Positions 18,040 to 27,370 of a DNA stretch of 64,000 nt are shown piece by piece. The DNA comes from Gemmatimonadota bacterium (GTDB lineage Bacteria > Gemmatimonadota > Gemmatimonadetes > Gemmatimonadales > GWC2-71-9). Positions within the stretch are counted from its first letter, which is position 1. The number at the start of each line of letters is the position of its first letter. Where the stretch lies: assembly GCA_036679645.1 (NCBI GenBank), contig JAZDCY010000014.1, positions 64,001-128,000 on the forward strand. Reading direction: 5' to 3'. The notes beneath the pieces were generated by a model that saw only the letters and a list, made by a program, of their open reading frames with translations, did no database searches and was not told the origin of the DNA. The translations under genes and the position numbers were made by a program.

Positions 18040-19601
18040 CGCGCTTCGTCACCGTCGTCTTGTGGCTAGCCACAATGCAGTCGCTGCAGGCTCAAGAGTG
18101 GACTGACGTCTGGAGCCCCTTCCGCCCGCTCTCGGACGTACCGCGGCATGGACCTCAACCGCCACACATAGCGGTGCCGCTGCTTTTTGGACCCGCCCGG
18201 GTAGGGGAACTGTGGACCGCCGGCAACCCCGCCGGGGCCGCCTGGGACGTACGTGACGCACACACGTCATTTCTCTTGAGCTATGGTCGGGAGGATGGCG
18301 CGTTCCGGCGGCCCCTCGATCCAGAGGCGGTCAACAATCCTCGCCTGGCGGCGGTCGCTTGGAGGCCGGTGCGGAGCAACATCGCCGCCGTCGGTCGCCT
18401 CACCCTAGAGCAGCAACGGCACCGGCCCGGATCCAATGCGGCGGTGGCGTTTCCGTACGGGACGAGCCCACTCGTGCCCACCGACAGCTCATCGCCGCCT
18501 ACAACCCTGACCAGAGCCCGTCTGGAGGGGCTCGTTGCGTGGCGGTTCGACCAGTGGAGCTTCGGCCTCTCGTTGGGATACGAATCCTGGGACAACCGCA
18601 CCCGGGAAACACCAGTCCCGCGCATCGGTCGTCGCGTCGCACCGGCCGGCGCCTTCGGAATCGTTCGTGCAATAGGCAGGCTGTTTCTCCTGGGCCTGCA
18701 TGTGCGCGGACGACGTACCGTGGAAACCGTGACGATCAACCCGCTGGCCGGCACCAGTACCGTCCACGAACTTGATGGCTTCAGCGACCCCGAACCAATT
18801 CCCGTCATTGCCCTTCGATACCGCCGTCGGATCACCACGGATGAAAGGGCAGCAGGGACCTCCGCGACCGGTTCGTTGGGGCTAGTCCACTGGACAGCCT
18901 ACGGGCGCAAGGAGTGGCGAGACCAGTGGCACAGCAGCCTGGAGCAGGAGAATCCTCCCGTGGACGCTTGGCGCGCGTCAGGTATCACGCTCGGTGGCGC
19001 ACTCCAGTACGTAGCTTCCAATCGAATCCCGATGATCACTGTGCACGCGTCTCGAACCTCCATCAGCGGTCACGCTGAGCGCGCCGACCTTGACGGTACG
19101 ATCTTCCGCGCGAGCGAGCGCGTGACACGCGCCGGAATCGAACTCCGCTCGGATGACACCACCGCGACCTGGGCTGGTGCCATCGGGCTCACCATTACGC
19201 ACGAGTCCCGGTTCCGGGAGGATTTCCTGGTACAACACATCGCCGATCTAAGTGAATGGACGCCGGGTGCGACCGTCGAGATAGTGCATCGCTTCGAGAC
19301 CGGGACCAGCATGGCGGTCGCAGGCTCACTCGGGTGGCACTCGGCCGTTTCTCGCATTCCGGACCCTGCCACGCTGGGCCCAATCTATCAGCAGCTCATT
19401 GCGCCCGAACTGGCGCTCTATGCGCAACGTGCCTATCCGTGGCTGGTGCGGATATCCGTGCGTCAGCGTCTGAGTACGCACACGTCACTTCTGGTCTCGG
19501 CGTCCCATCGCGTTCTTCGGCCGGCGTCTACTTCGGCAGTCCCGGCAGCCCCTGGCGGCTTGCGCAGATCATGGCATTTCCTCGCTGGACTCGTGCTCTA
19601 G
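18036..19601 (+). CDS. Outer-membrane beta-barrel protein (DUF6850-like)
   Basis: Signal peptide, AGNPAG motif, amphipathic beta strands; GTGA-coupled to the TBDR. Confidence 0.6.
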   Translation: MTRFVTVVLWLATMQSLQAQEWTDVWSPFRPLSDVPRHGPQPPHIAVPLLFGPARVGELWTAGNPAGAAWDVRDAHTSFLLSYGREDGAFRRPLDPEAVNNPRLAAVAWRPVRSNIAAVGRLTLEQQRHRPGSNAAVAFPYGTSPLVPTDSSSPPTTLTRARLEGLVAWRFDQWSFGLSLGYESWDNRTRETPVPRIGRRVAPAGAFGIVRAIGRLFLLGLHVRGRRTVETVTINPLAGTSTVHELDGFSDPEPIPVIALRYRRRITTDERAAGTSATGSLGLVHWTAYGRKEWRDQWHSSLEQENPPVDAWRASGITLGGALQYVASNRIPMITVHASRTSISGHAERADLDGTIFRASERVTRAGIELRSDDTTATWAGAIGLTITHESRFREDFLVQHIADLSEWTPGATVEIVHRFETGTSMAVAGSLGWHSAVSRIPDPATLGPIYQQLIAPELALYAQRAYPWLVRISVRQRLSTHTSLLVSASHRVLRPASTSAVPAAPGGLRRSWHFLAGLVL

Positions 19602-19792
19602 GGTAACTCCCATGCGGGTATCGTCGTGCCGCCCCGCGACTTCCGTCCGCGAAGCGCGGGGCTGGACGTAACCGCGGATCGTGGCCATGACCGGGTTCTA
19701 CGCGTTCGACCTCAACGGCAACCGGCTCTGGGACGTGCATATGGGCGCCGGGGAAGAGCCGTGGTTTGCGGGGCCGCCCAGGCGCTCCGGGG

Positions 19793-21496
19793 TTACCCGA
19801 TAGCTGCACCTGGGCGCCAGCCGCGCGACTGGAGTGCCTGCACCTTGTGAATCACCGCGTCGCGCGCGGCGTGTATTGGGAGCACGATCAAGTCACCCTC
19901 CCGGGCCCACGCCAGCGCCTCGCGCAGGGCCCCCAACTCGTCGTCAACCCGTGCCACGCTTTCCTCGGCGACACCGAGTTTGTCCAGCTCGTCCGCGATG
20001 ATTGCCGCCACCTCCCCTTCCGGTCTGCCACGCAGGTAGGTCCGCATCTCCTTGATGATCACGCGATGGGGTGCGAACGTGATCGCCGCGCGCACGAGAT
20101 CACGAATGTCGTCGTCGCTCCGGTCGCCTGCCTGGCCGATTACCACGAGCCGACGTTTGGCGGGCATCGCTTGGACCATCTCGCCTACCGCTCGCATACC
20201 GTGCGGGTTGTGCGCGAAATCCAGAAAGACCCGCACTCCACCCAGATCGAACAGATGCCCTCGGCCGGGGTTCGCGTCCGGTGTACTCGCGAAGTGGTGG
20301 ATCGCCGCGCGAATGGCCGCTGATGACACACCAATGGCGCGCGCGACGGGAATGGCACCGAGAATGTTGGAGGTATTGAATTGCGCCGCACCACCGAAGG
20401 TGATCGGCGCATCGGCAACCGCACCGTAGTCTTCGGTAACCCCGCAGGTACGAAACGCAAAACGCCCATCCGCCACGAACGCGGCGTCGTCATCCGGCAT
20501 CGTATCGGTCATGCCGAACCACACGTGTGCGGCGACCTCGACATCACGAGCGCGGCGCATGACCACCGGATCGTCCGCGTTCGCCACGAGTACCCCACTC
20601 GCCCGCACGGCATGTGCGATCACGAGCTTCGCCCGGGCGATATCGTCGACGGTGGTCACGCCAAACTCACCCAGATGATCCGAGGCGACGTTGGTGAGCA
20701 GCGCGGCGTCCGCACGTTCCACCATCAAGCCTCGGCGGAGCAGCCCGCCACGGGCGGTTTCCAGCACGGCGACCTCCACGCGTCGGTCGCGCAAGATTGC
20801 GCGCGCCCCTCCCGGACCGGACCAGTCACCGGCATCGATCCGATCTCGACCGACGTAGAGCCCATCCGTATTGCTGCAACCCGCGACCTGGCCGTCTTGC
20901 GCGATCATCGCCGCAAGCAACCGTACGGTCGTGGTCTTCCCGTTGGAGCCCGTGACGAGCGCCACCCGCACGTCGTGAATCCCGTTCCAGTCCACCGCTG
21001 ACGGTGCCGGCAGGACGTGCGTGGGCCACGTCAGTGAGCCCACGCCCATCCCAACCGACACTTGATCGTCATCCCACAAGAACGCCACCCCATGGGCGCG
21101 CGCCGCTTCCCGGAGCGCGAGCATCGCAGGGTTCCGCTCAGCGGCAATGGTCGCCTGCAACCGCGGCGCAACGACCTCGAGCGGCGACGGCGACGCTCCA
21201 CCAAAGTCGGCGCAGGTGGCGGCCCAGGCCCACTCGTTCACCTCTGTCGCCGCGTAAAGCGCGTCGATGGGCACCGTGAGCACGAGACTCGCACCTCCCG
21301 GAAACGTCCGAACGGCTGTGCGCTGGTCCTTCCACCCAACCGCGTCGAGGGCGTCTCTCGCGTGCACCTTCCAGCGCGCGATGACGGCATCTCCGTCGAC
21401 GCCGGCGATATGAACGTCGAGCACCGCGCCAGCGACACTGGTCTGGAGATTGGGACCGGTCAGTCGGCGCGAGTCACGCTGTTCGAGCGTCGGCAC
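19793..21496 (-). CDS. Cyanophycin synthetase-like Mur-ligase protein (N-like domain plus M domain, no ATP-grasp)
   Basis: GTG 2 nt after the cphA stop; DSRRLTGPN N-terminus; VTGSNGKTTT, LETARGGLLRRG, DHLG, NADD, PGR, DFAHNPH, GDR. Confidence 0.85.
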   Translation of the reverse strand: MPTLEQRDSRRLTGPNLQTSVAGAVLDVHIAGVDGDAVIARWKVHARDALDAVGWKDQRTAVRTFPGGASLVLTVPIDALYAATEVNEWAWAATCADFGGASPSPLEVVAPRLQATIAAERNPAMLALREAARAHGVAFLWDDDQVSVGMGVGSLTWPTHVLPAPSAVDWNGIHDVRVALVTGSNGKTTTVRLLAAMIAQDGQVAGCSNTDGLYVGRDRIDAGDWSGPGGARAILRDRRVEVAVLETARGGLLRRGLMVERADAALLTNVASDHLGEFGVTTVDDIARAKLVIAHAVRASGVLVANADDPVVMRRARDVEVAAHVWFGMTDTMPDDDAAFVADGRFAFRTCGVTEDYGAVADAPITFGGAAQFNTSNILGAIPVARAIGVSSAAIRAAIHHFASTPDANPGRGHLFDLGGVRVFLDFAHNPHGMRAVGEMVQAMPAKRRLVVIGQAGDRSDDDIRDLVRAAITFAPHRVIIKEMRTYLRGRPEGEVAAIIADELDKLGVAEESVARVDDELGALREALAWAREGDLIVLPIHAARDAVIHKVQALQSRGWRPGAAIG

Positions 21497-21498
21497 CC

Positions 21499-24285
21499 TC
21501 AGTCTTCGGTATCGCGGGCTAGGCGCACGCCGCGCTCGTCCCGGATGACCTCCTGGCCGGCATCGATATCGATCGTCGGTAGGTCCGGCAGCTCCGGTGC
21601 TGGCCGCTTCGCGACCTCGCACCCGTCGCGCGTCGTTCCATCACTCGTGTAGTTCACCACCTGCTTCCAGGTCCGCCCAATCTGATCGGCGAAGAGCACG
21701 AGCAGATCGTCCGGCCGCGCGGCCTCGAGAGCCGCCGCCACGGCGGCCCGTTCCTCCGGGATGGTCTCGACCGCGTCCGTGGCAACACCATTGTCGATGA
21801 GGGCACGCTGCAGCATGCGGGGTACCTCATCCCCGTCTCGCCCGCGCAGGGCATCGTCGCGCCGGCAGATGTAGTGGTCGAACGCGCCCGCCGCGATCGT
21901 TCCCATTTCGATGATATCCTCGTCCCGCCGGTCGCCGGGAGCGGCTAGCACGCATAGCCGCCGGCCGACCACGTCCAAGCGGCCCACGAGATCGCACATG
22001 ACCTGAATTGCGTGGGGGTTGTGCGCGTAGTCTACGATCACCTTGAACGGCAACTCGTTGTATACGTTGAGCCGGCCCGGTGCCTGAAAGTAAGTGGAGT
22101 CGAAGGTACGGAGCCCGTGTCGGACATCTTCGAGCTTGAGACCAGCGCTGTACGCCATGGCCGCCGCGAACATGGCGTTCTGCACGTTGTGGATGGCTTT
22201 GCCCTCGATCGTCGCCGGGATGAGATGGGTCCACAGCAACGGCAAGTGCGCGCCCTTGTCGTAGAACGTGATCATGTGCCCGCTGATCGCCTGCTCGAGC
22301 ACCACCGCTCGCCCACCCGCCTGGATGTGCTCGCGGACGAGCGCGTGCTGCGGGTTCATCGTTACGTAGCAGACGTGTTCCGCATCGGAATAGTCCGCCA
22401 TCTTGAGACACAACGGGTCGTCGGCATTGAGCACGGCGGTGTTCTTCGCAATCTCGATGACCACCCGCTTCACCTCGGCCAGTTGCTCGAGCGTATCGAT
22501 ACCGCGTAGGCCAAGGTGATCGGCCTGCACGTTGAGACACGCGCTCACGTCGCTGCGGCGGTACCCCATGCCGGCGCGCAGCAGTCCACCCCGTGCCGTC
22601 TCGAGCACCGCGACCTCCACCGACGGGTCACGCAAGACCATACGCGCCGCCACTGGACCGGTCATGTCGCCTTCGACCGTCCGCTGCCCGTCGATGTACA
22701 CGCCGTCCGTCGTGGCCACGCCGACGGTGTGTCCTGCCATCTTGTAGATGTGGGCCAGCATCCGCGTCGTCGTCGTCTTGCCGTTGGTACCGGTGATTGC
22801 GAGGATGGGAATGCGGGCCGGTGTACCGGGCGGGAAGAGCATGTCCATGACCGGTCCTGCGACATCACGGGGTATCCCCTCACTCGGCTGGACGTGCATG
22901 CGGAATCCGGGAGCCGCGTTCACCTCGCAGATTGCACCGCCGATGTCCTTGTAGGACTTGGTAATGTCCGACGTGAGGAAATCCACGCCAGCCACGTCCA
23001 GGCCAATCGCCTGCGCCGCACGGACGGCCATCTCACGGTTATCCGGGTGAAGCACGTCGGTCTGATCGACCGCGGTCCCACCGGTTGATAAGTTGCCCGT
23101 CGATCGGAGGTAGACCACTTCGCCTTTGGGCAGCACGGTCTCGGACGTGTACCCCAGCAATCCGAGCAGCCGGTTAGCCTGGTAATCGAATTCGATCCGC
23201 GTCAACACCTTCTCGTGTCCGATCCCGCGTCGCGGATCGGCATTCACCTCGTCGACCAACTCCGCGATCGTGTGTACCCCATCCCCAACGACGTGCCCGG
23301 GGACACGTTTCGCCACGGCGACGAGATCACCGTTCACGACCAGCATTCTATGATCGAAGCCCGCAATGTACGACTCGATCAAGACACCGCGTGAATGCTC
23401 CCGCGCCTGGGAAAACGCCGCACGCACGTGGTCGCGGTCACCAATGTTGATCGAAACACCGCGACCGTGGTTCGCGTTCAACGGTTTGACCACTACCGGA
23501 TAGCCCATGCGTTCCGCTGCCCGCAGTGCGTCCTCTTCGGAGTAGACGAGTCGCTGCTTGGGAACGGGAAGACCAAGATCGCCGAGGATACGATTGGTCT
23601 CGTCCTTGTCGGACGAGATCTCGACCGCGATATGCGGTGTTCTACTGGTGACGGTGGCTTGGATGCGCTGCTGATAGCGACCGTGTCCGAATTGGACGAG
23701 GCTGTACTGGTTCAGCCGCAGCATGGGGATGTCGCGTTCGCGCGCCGCGCGGACGAGTGCCGCCGTTGAGGGTCCCAGGGCATGGCGCTGCGTATACCGG
23801 ATGAACGCATCGCGCTCAGTCGCGAAATCATAGTCATCGGCGACGGCACCCGCGGGCTGCAGTTCCCGCGGGAGAAGCGAATGGAGGAGATTCAGTCCCA
23901 CGCGACCGGCCTCGAGACCGACCCGTGCCTCCTCGTACTCGTACACGACGTTGTACCGTCCCGGCGCACCGGTCGTCCGCGTCCGACCAAAGGTGACTTG
24001 CTCACCGGCGGCATTCTGCAACTCGAGCGCCGTGTGTTCCAGCACGTGCCCGAGCCACGTACCTTCATCCTCCCGCAACCGCCGTACGAACCCACCGGGC
24101 TCACCGTACGAGCACCCGTGTTCGCCGAGACCCGGGAGCGCCTCCAACAACCCATCGATGAACGCGTTGCCCAGGCGCACGCTGGGCCACTCCTCGAGCG
24201 TGCCCAGGTCGAGCACGAACCGAATCACGGGGAAGTGCGCGTAGAGATTCGGGCCCAGGTAGACGGAGCGTTCGACGATGTCCAT
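21499..24285 (-). CDS. cphA: Cyanophycin synthetase CphA1
   Basis: N domain CSYGEPGGF...GHVLEH; LGPST; ATP-grasp VVKPLNANHGRGV, NLSTGG, EVNAAPGFRMH; Mur domain TGTNGKTT, DYAHNPH. Confidence 0.96.
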   Translation of the reverse strand: MDIVERSVYLGPNLYAHFPVIRFVLDLGTLEEWPSVRLGNAFIDGLLEALPGLGEHGCSYGEPGGFVRRLREDEGTWLGHVLEHTALELQNAAGEQVTFGRTRTTGAPGRYNVVYEYEEARVGLEAGRVGLNLLHSLLPRELQPAGAVADDYDFATERDAFIRYTQRHALGPSTAALVRAARERDIPMLRLNQYSLVQFGHGRYQQRIQATVTSRTPHIAVEISSDKDETNRILGDLGLPVPKQRLVYSEEDALRAAERMGYPVVVKPLNANHGRGVSINIGDRDHVRAAFSQAREHSRGVLIESYIAGFDHRMLVVNGDLVAVAKRVPGHVVGDGVHTIAELVDEVNADPRRGIGHEKVLTRIEFDYQANRLLGLLGYTSETVLPKGEVVYLRSTGNLSTGGTAVDQTDVLHPDNREMAVRAAQAIGLDVAGVDFLTSDITKSYKDIGGAICEVNAAPGFRMHVQPSEGIPRDVAGPVMDMLFPPGTPARIPILAITGTNGKTTTTRMLAHIYKMAGHTVGVATTDGVYIDGQRTVEGDMTGPVAARMVLRDPSVEVAVLETARGGLLRAGMGYRRSDVSACLNVQADHLGLRGIDTLEQLAEVKRVVIEIAKNTAVLNADDPLCLKMADYSDAEHVCYVTMNPQHALVREHIQAGGRAVVLEQAISGHMITFYDKGAHLPLLWTHLIPATIEGKAIHNVQNAMFAAAMAYSAGLKLEDVRHGLRTFDSTYFQAPGRLNVYNELPFKVIVDYAHNPHAIQVMCDLVGRLDVVGRRLCVLAAPGDRRDEDIIEMGTIAAGAFDHYICRRDDALRGRDGDEVPRMLQRALIDNGVATDAVETIPEERAAVAAALEAARPDDLLVLFADQIGRTWKQVVNYTSDGTTRDGCEVAKRPAPELPDLPTIDIDAGQEVIRDERGVRLARDTED

Positions 24286-24289
24286 GGGA

Positions 24290-25129
24290 TTAGTGCTGGG
24301 CTACGTCTGCCGGTTCCGCGGCCGTCCGCGTGGCAATGTCGAACGTCCAACCGGCCACGAGCACGTGAATCTTCAGGCCGACCAGACACACTGGGTCGTC
24401 CTGCCGCGCGGAATCCATTGAGGAGAACTCGAGTTCATGTCCGTCAGCAATCGTGAGCCCGCCCGTTCCCACCACTTCGAGACGATCGTCGGGATCGATG
24501 AATGCAGCGGTATCCTCGTCCAGCCCAACCCCGATCACGAACGGGTTGTACCCAATGGCCGTCAGCAACCGGCCCAATCGCTCCCGCTGACGAAAATGAT
24601 GATCGACCACTACCCGATTCGTGAGCCCCAACCCGGGCGCCAGCGTCACGCTGTTGGCGCGGGGCGAGAACCCTTCGTCCCCAAAGGCAATCATGTGCTC
24701 CGACAAGAAACCCGCGCCCGCCGACGTTCCGGCAACAGGCACACCCGATGCATTCAACCGACGGATCGTCCGCGCTACAGCCGTGCCTCCCATGGTGGTC
24801 GAGAGACGCAACTGGTTCCCGCCGGTGAGAAAAACACCCGTTGAGTTTTCGAAGTCCGCCAAGAGATCCTCTCGCTCGCAGTCGCCACGGGACATGAACG
24901 GATACGCTCGCGCCTCGCCCACACCCAGCTCGCCAAACACCTTCTCGTAGCGCCGCCCCGTCTCCGTCAGCTCGGACGCTGTCGGCACGATCGCGATCCG
25001 CGCGTCGTTGCCACCACACAGTTGCACAAACCGCCGGAGAATGTCCGGGTTCCGCATCTTCTTCTCGGCACCCCCAATGGGAATGATGTACCCGCGCGTG
25101 CGCCCTTCCGGGACCTGCGATGGGCTCAT
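24290..25129 (-). CDS. cphB: Cyanophycinase
   Basis: IIPIGGAE, TGGNQLRL, GTSAGA nucleophile, DHHFRQRERLGRL, GLDEDTA. Confidence 0.93.
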   Translation of the reverse strand: MSPSQVPEGRTRGYIIPIGGAEKKMRNPDILRRFVQLCGGNDARIAIVPTASELTETGRRYEKVFGELGVGEARAYPFMSRGDCEREDLLADFENSTGVFLTGGNQLRLSTTMGGTAVARTIRRLNASGVPVAGTSAGAGFLSEHMIAFGDEGFSPRANSVTLAPGLGLTNRVVVDHHFRQRERLGRLLTAIGYNPFVIGVGLDEDTAAFIDPDDRLEVVGTGGLTIADGHELEFSSMDSARQDDPVCLVGLKIHVLVAGWTFDIATRTAAEPADVAQH

Positions 25130-26310
25130 GGCGTTGCCTCGAACGCTCCGTGAATCACCTGTTCTCCTTTGTGAACGTGCCACACACCGCGAGCCATCAC
25201 GTCGGTAACGACTAGGGACGCATCGACGACCACGAGGTCGGCGTCCGCACCGGCGGCGAGCTGCCCCTTGCGACGCAGGCGCAGCAGGTCTGCCACGTTG
25301 GACGTGAACGGGGCAAGTACCTGTCCAAGATGGTGCCCCGCCTCGGTAAGCGTTCTGATGGTGTGCATGAGCGCGCCGCTTTTTCCCACGTCGTAGCGGG
25401 TAATGCGGCCATCCGCACCGAACTCGGGAAAGCAGCCGCCAGCATCTGAAGAGACCGTGATGCGGTTTGCGGGTATGTCCGCCCCCGCCCCCGCCCCCGC
25501 CCCCCACAACCGATCGAGCGCCTCCGCCGCCGAACAGCCATCGTCGGGTACGTCAGGCGGCATGCTCGTGATATCGATTGTGACCCCGTGCTGCGTCAGG
25601 GCGGCGGCCTCCTCGAGCAGCGCCTGGCTGCGATTCACGTGAGTGGGATGGAAAACGCTCGCGGGCAGGTCCGATCCGCTCATCGCGCAGCGCACCGGCT
25701 CGAGTCCTCCCTTGCCGTCACCCACGTGCAGATGAAGCGTCCCCGCCTTGCCGGTCATCATCCCTGCCACATGGGCGTCGCTCGCGAGCCGAATGAGCTC
25801 GGTCGTGGTCGGCTGGCTGGACCTGTGATCGCTGATAGCCGTCTCCCCCACACCGATGACGCGATCGACGTGGACGATATCCCCCTGCACGCTTCCCGTG
25901 AGCGTAGTGGGAGGCAGGTGGTAGCCACCCGTATAGCAGAACGCGGTGAGCCCCTCCTCCTCTAGCCCCCGCGCCGCCGCGAGCAACGAGCCGGTGTTCC
26001 GCGTAACGTCGTCCGTACCGAGGAGTCCAACAACAGTCGTGACTCCCGCTCCGGTGAAGCGGGACACGCCAACCGGCGGGACGCGGCTCCGGGCACCCGC
26101 CTCTCCGCCCCCGCCCGTGACGTGGACGTGGCCGTCGATGAGTCCCGGAAACACACGCGCGCCATCGAGGTCGACCTCCGTGACCTCATAAGCATCAGCG
26201 AGGGGTGGGGCCTTCGTCCCGATCCAGGCAATGCGGTCCTCCACGATCAGTAGATCGCACATTCCCAGATGTTCGGGGGCATACGTGTCGGCGTTGCGGA
26301 ACAGGATCAT
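25126..26310 (-). CDS. iadA: Isoaspartyl dipeptidase (beta-aspartyl peptidase)
   Basis: DGHVHVTGGGGE, GVTTVVGLLGTD, AISDHRSSQP, HLHVGDG, PTHVNR, SSDAGG. Confidence 0.93.
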   Translation of the reverse strand: MILFRNADTYAPEHLGMCDLLIVEDRIAWIGTKAPPLADAYEVTEVDLDGARVFPGLIDGHVHVTGGGGEAGARSRVPPVGVSRFTGAGVTTVVGLLGTDDVTRNTGSLLAAARGLEEEGLTAFCYTGGYHLPPTTLTGSVQGDIVHVDRVIGVGETAISDHRSSQPTTTELIRLASDAHVAGMMTGKAGTLHLHVGDGKGGLEPVRCAMSGSDLPASVFHPTHVNRSQALLEEAAALTQHGVTIDITSMPPDVPDDGCSAAEALDRLWGAGAGAGADIPANRITVSSDAGGCFPEFGADGRITRYDVGKSGALMHTIRTLTEAGHHLGQVLAPFTSNVADLLRLRRKGQLAAGADADLVVVDASLVVTDVMARGVWHVHKGEQVIHGAFEATP

Positions 26311-26444
26311 GAGATAGAGAGGCAAATCTAGACACCACACGCTCCCAAAGGGAGAGCGACCGTGCCGCGCGCCGATGCTGCCGGTGGACCGCGTTGGCCC
26401 TGTGAGGGTATTCTCCGTCTCCCGAGCCGGATGCCGGAGGCCTC

Positions 26445-27071
26445 ATGCGTTTGCTGCTATTGATGTTCGCCACGTCGCTCCTCACTGGGCCCCTACCCCT
26501 GGCCGCCCAGGACGAGGAGCTGACATCCCCACCCACCTGGAGAGTACGCCTGGACCGCTCGACCGCGTCCATGGACGATCTGTACTACGTCGACATGCCG
26601 CCTGGGTGGCACGTCACTACCGGTCCCGCCGCGATTCTGTACGACCCGGCTCGAGTCGGTGAGGGCACGTTCACCATCGACGCTGAGATCTTCCAGTTTC
26701 CCACGACCCGGGTGCGGGAGGCGTACGGTATCATCTTTGGTGGCCGGGACCTCGAGGGCGACGGACAGGCCTACGTGTATTTCCTCATCAGGGGCGACGG
26801 TCGCTTCCTCGTGAAGCGGCGCGCGGGAAGTGCAACCGAGACGTTAGTTCCGTGGACGGCACACGAGGTGATCGTTCCGCGCGGTCCGGGTGAGGAGAAC
26901 ATCAAGAATACGCTGCGCGTCGTCGCGGGCGGGGATACCGTCTCCTTCTTCGTGAACGGCACCGAGGTGGGCAGCGTACCGCGAGCGGGCCTCGAGTGTG
27001 ACGGGATTGTCGGTCTCCGCGTGAATCACAGCGTGAACCTGCACGTGACGAATCTCGACGTGACGCAGTAG
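26445..27071 (+). CDS. Secreted concanavalin-like / DUF1080-like beta-sandwich protein
   Basis: Signal peptide; GWHVTTGPA, EAYGIIFGG, FFVNG, GIVGLRVNH. Confidence 0.7.
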   Translation: MRLLLLMFATSLLTGPLPLAAQDEELTSPPTWRVRLDRSTASMDDLYYVDMPPGWHVTTGPAAILYDPARVGEGTFTIDAEIFQFPTTRVREAYGIIFGGRDLEGDGQAYVYFLIRGDGRFLVKRRAGSATETLVPWTAHEVIVPRGPGEENIKNTLRVVAGGDTVSFFVNGTEVGSVPRAGLECDGIVGLRVNHSVNLHVTNLDVTQ

Positions 27072-27370
27072 CGACTGGCCGGTGGGTCAGGAAGAAGACG
27101 ACCAACGTGAAAACACGACGCCCGCCCACCCCGCCGACTCGGCGACGGTGGCGCGGGCGTCGGCGCGTCCGTCTACGCCGACACATACCGGCTGCGCGCT
27201 GCCGTGCTCCGCCGCCGTCGTCGACCACTCAGCCGCCAGGCGCCGTAGATGCACGATGGCGCGGGACTCCGTGACGTGATCATACCGCACGATCGGAACT
27301 GGCCGCCGCAACCGGGATGACCGCGGGTGCAGGGCTTCCAACAGTGCCGCGAAGAGCAACCGTGGCAGCA

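Noticed and set aside
27082..27370. Small ORFs between the beta-sandwich gene and the amidase
   Set aside because: No RBS, motif or consistent coding signal; possibly a degraded remnant.
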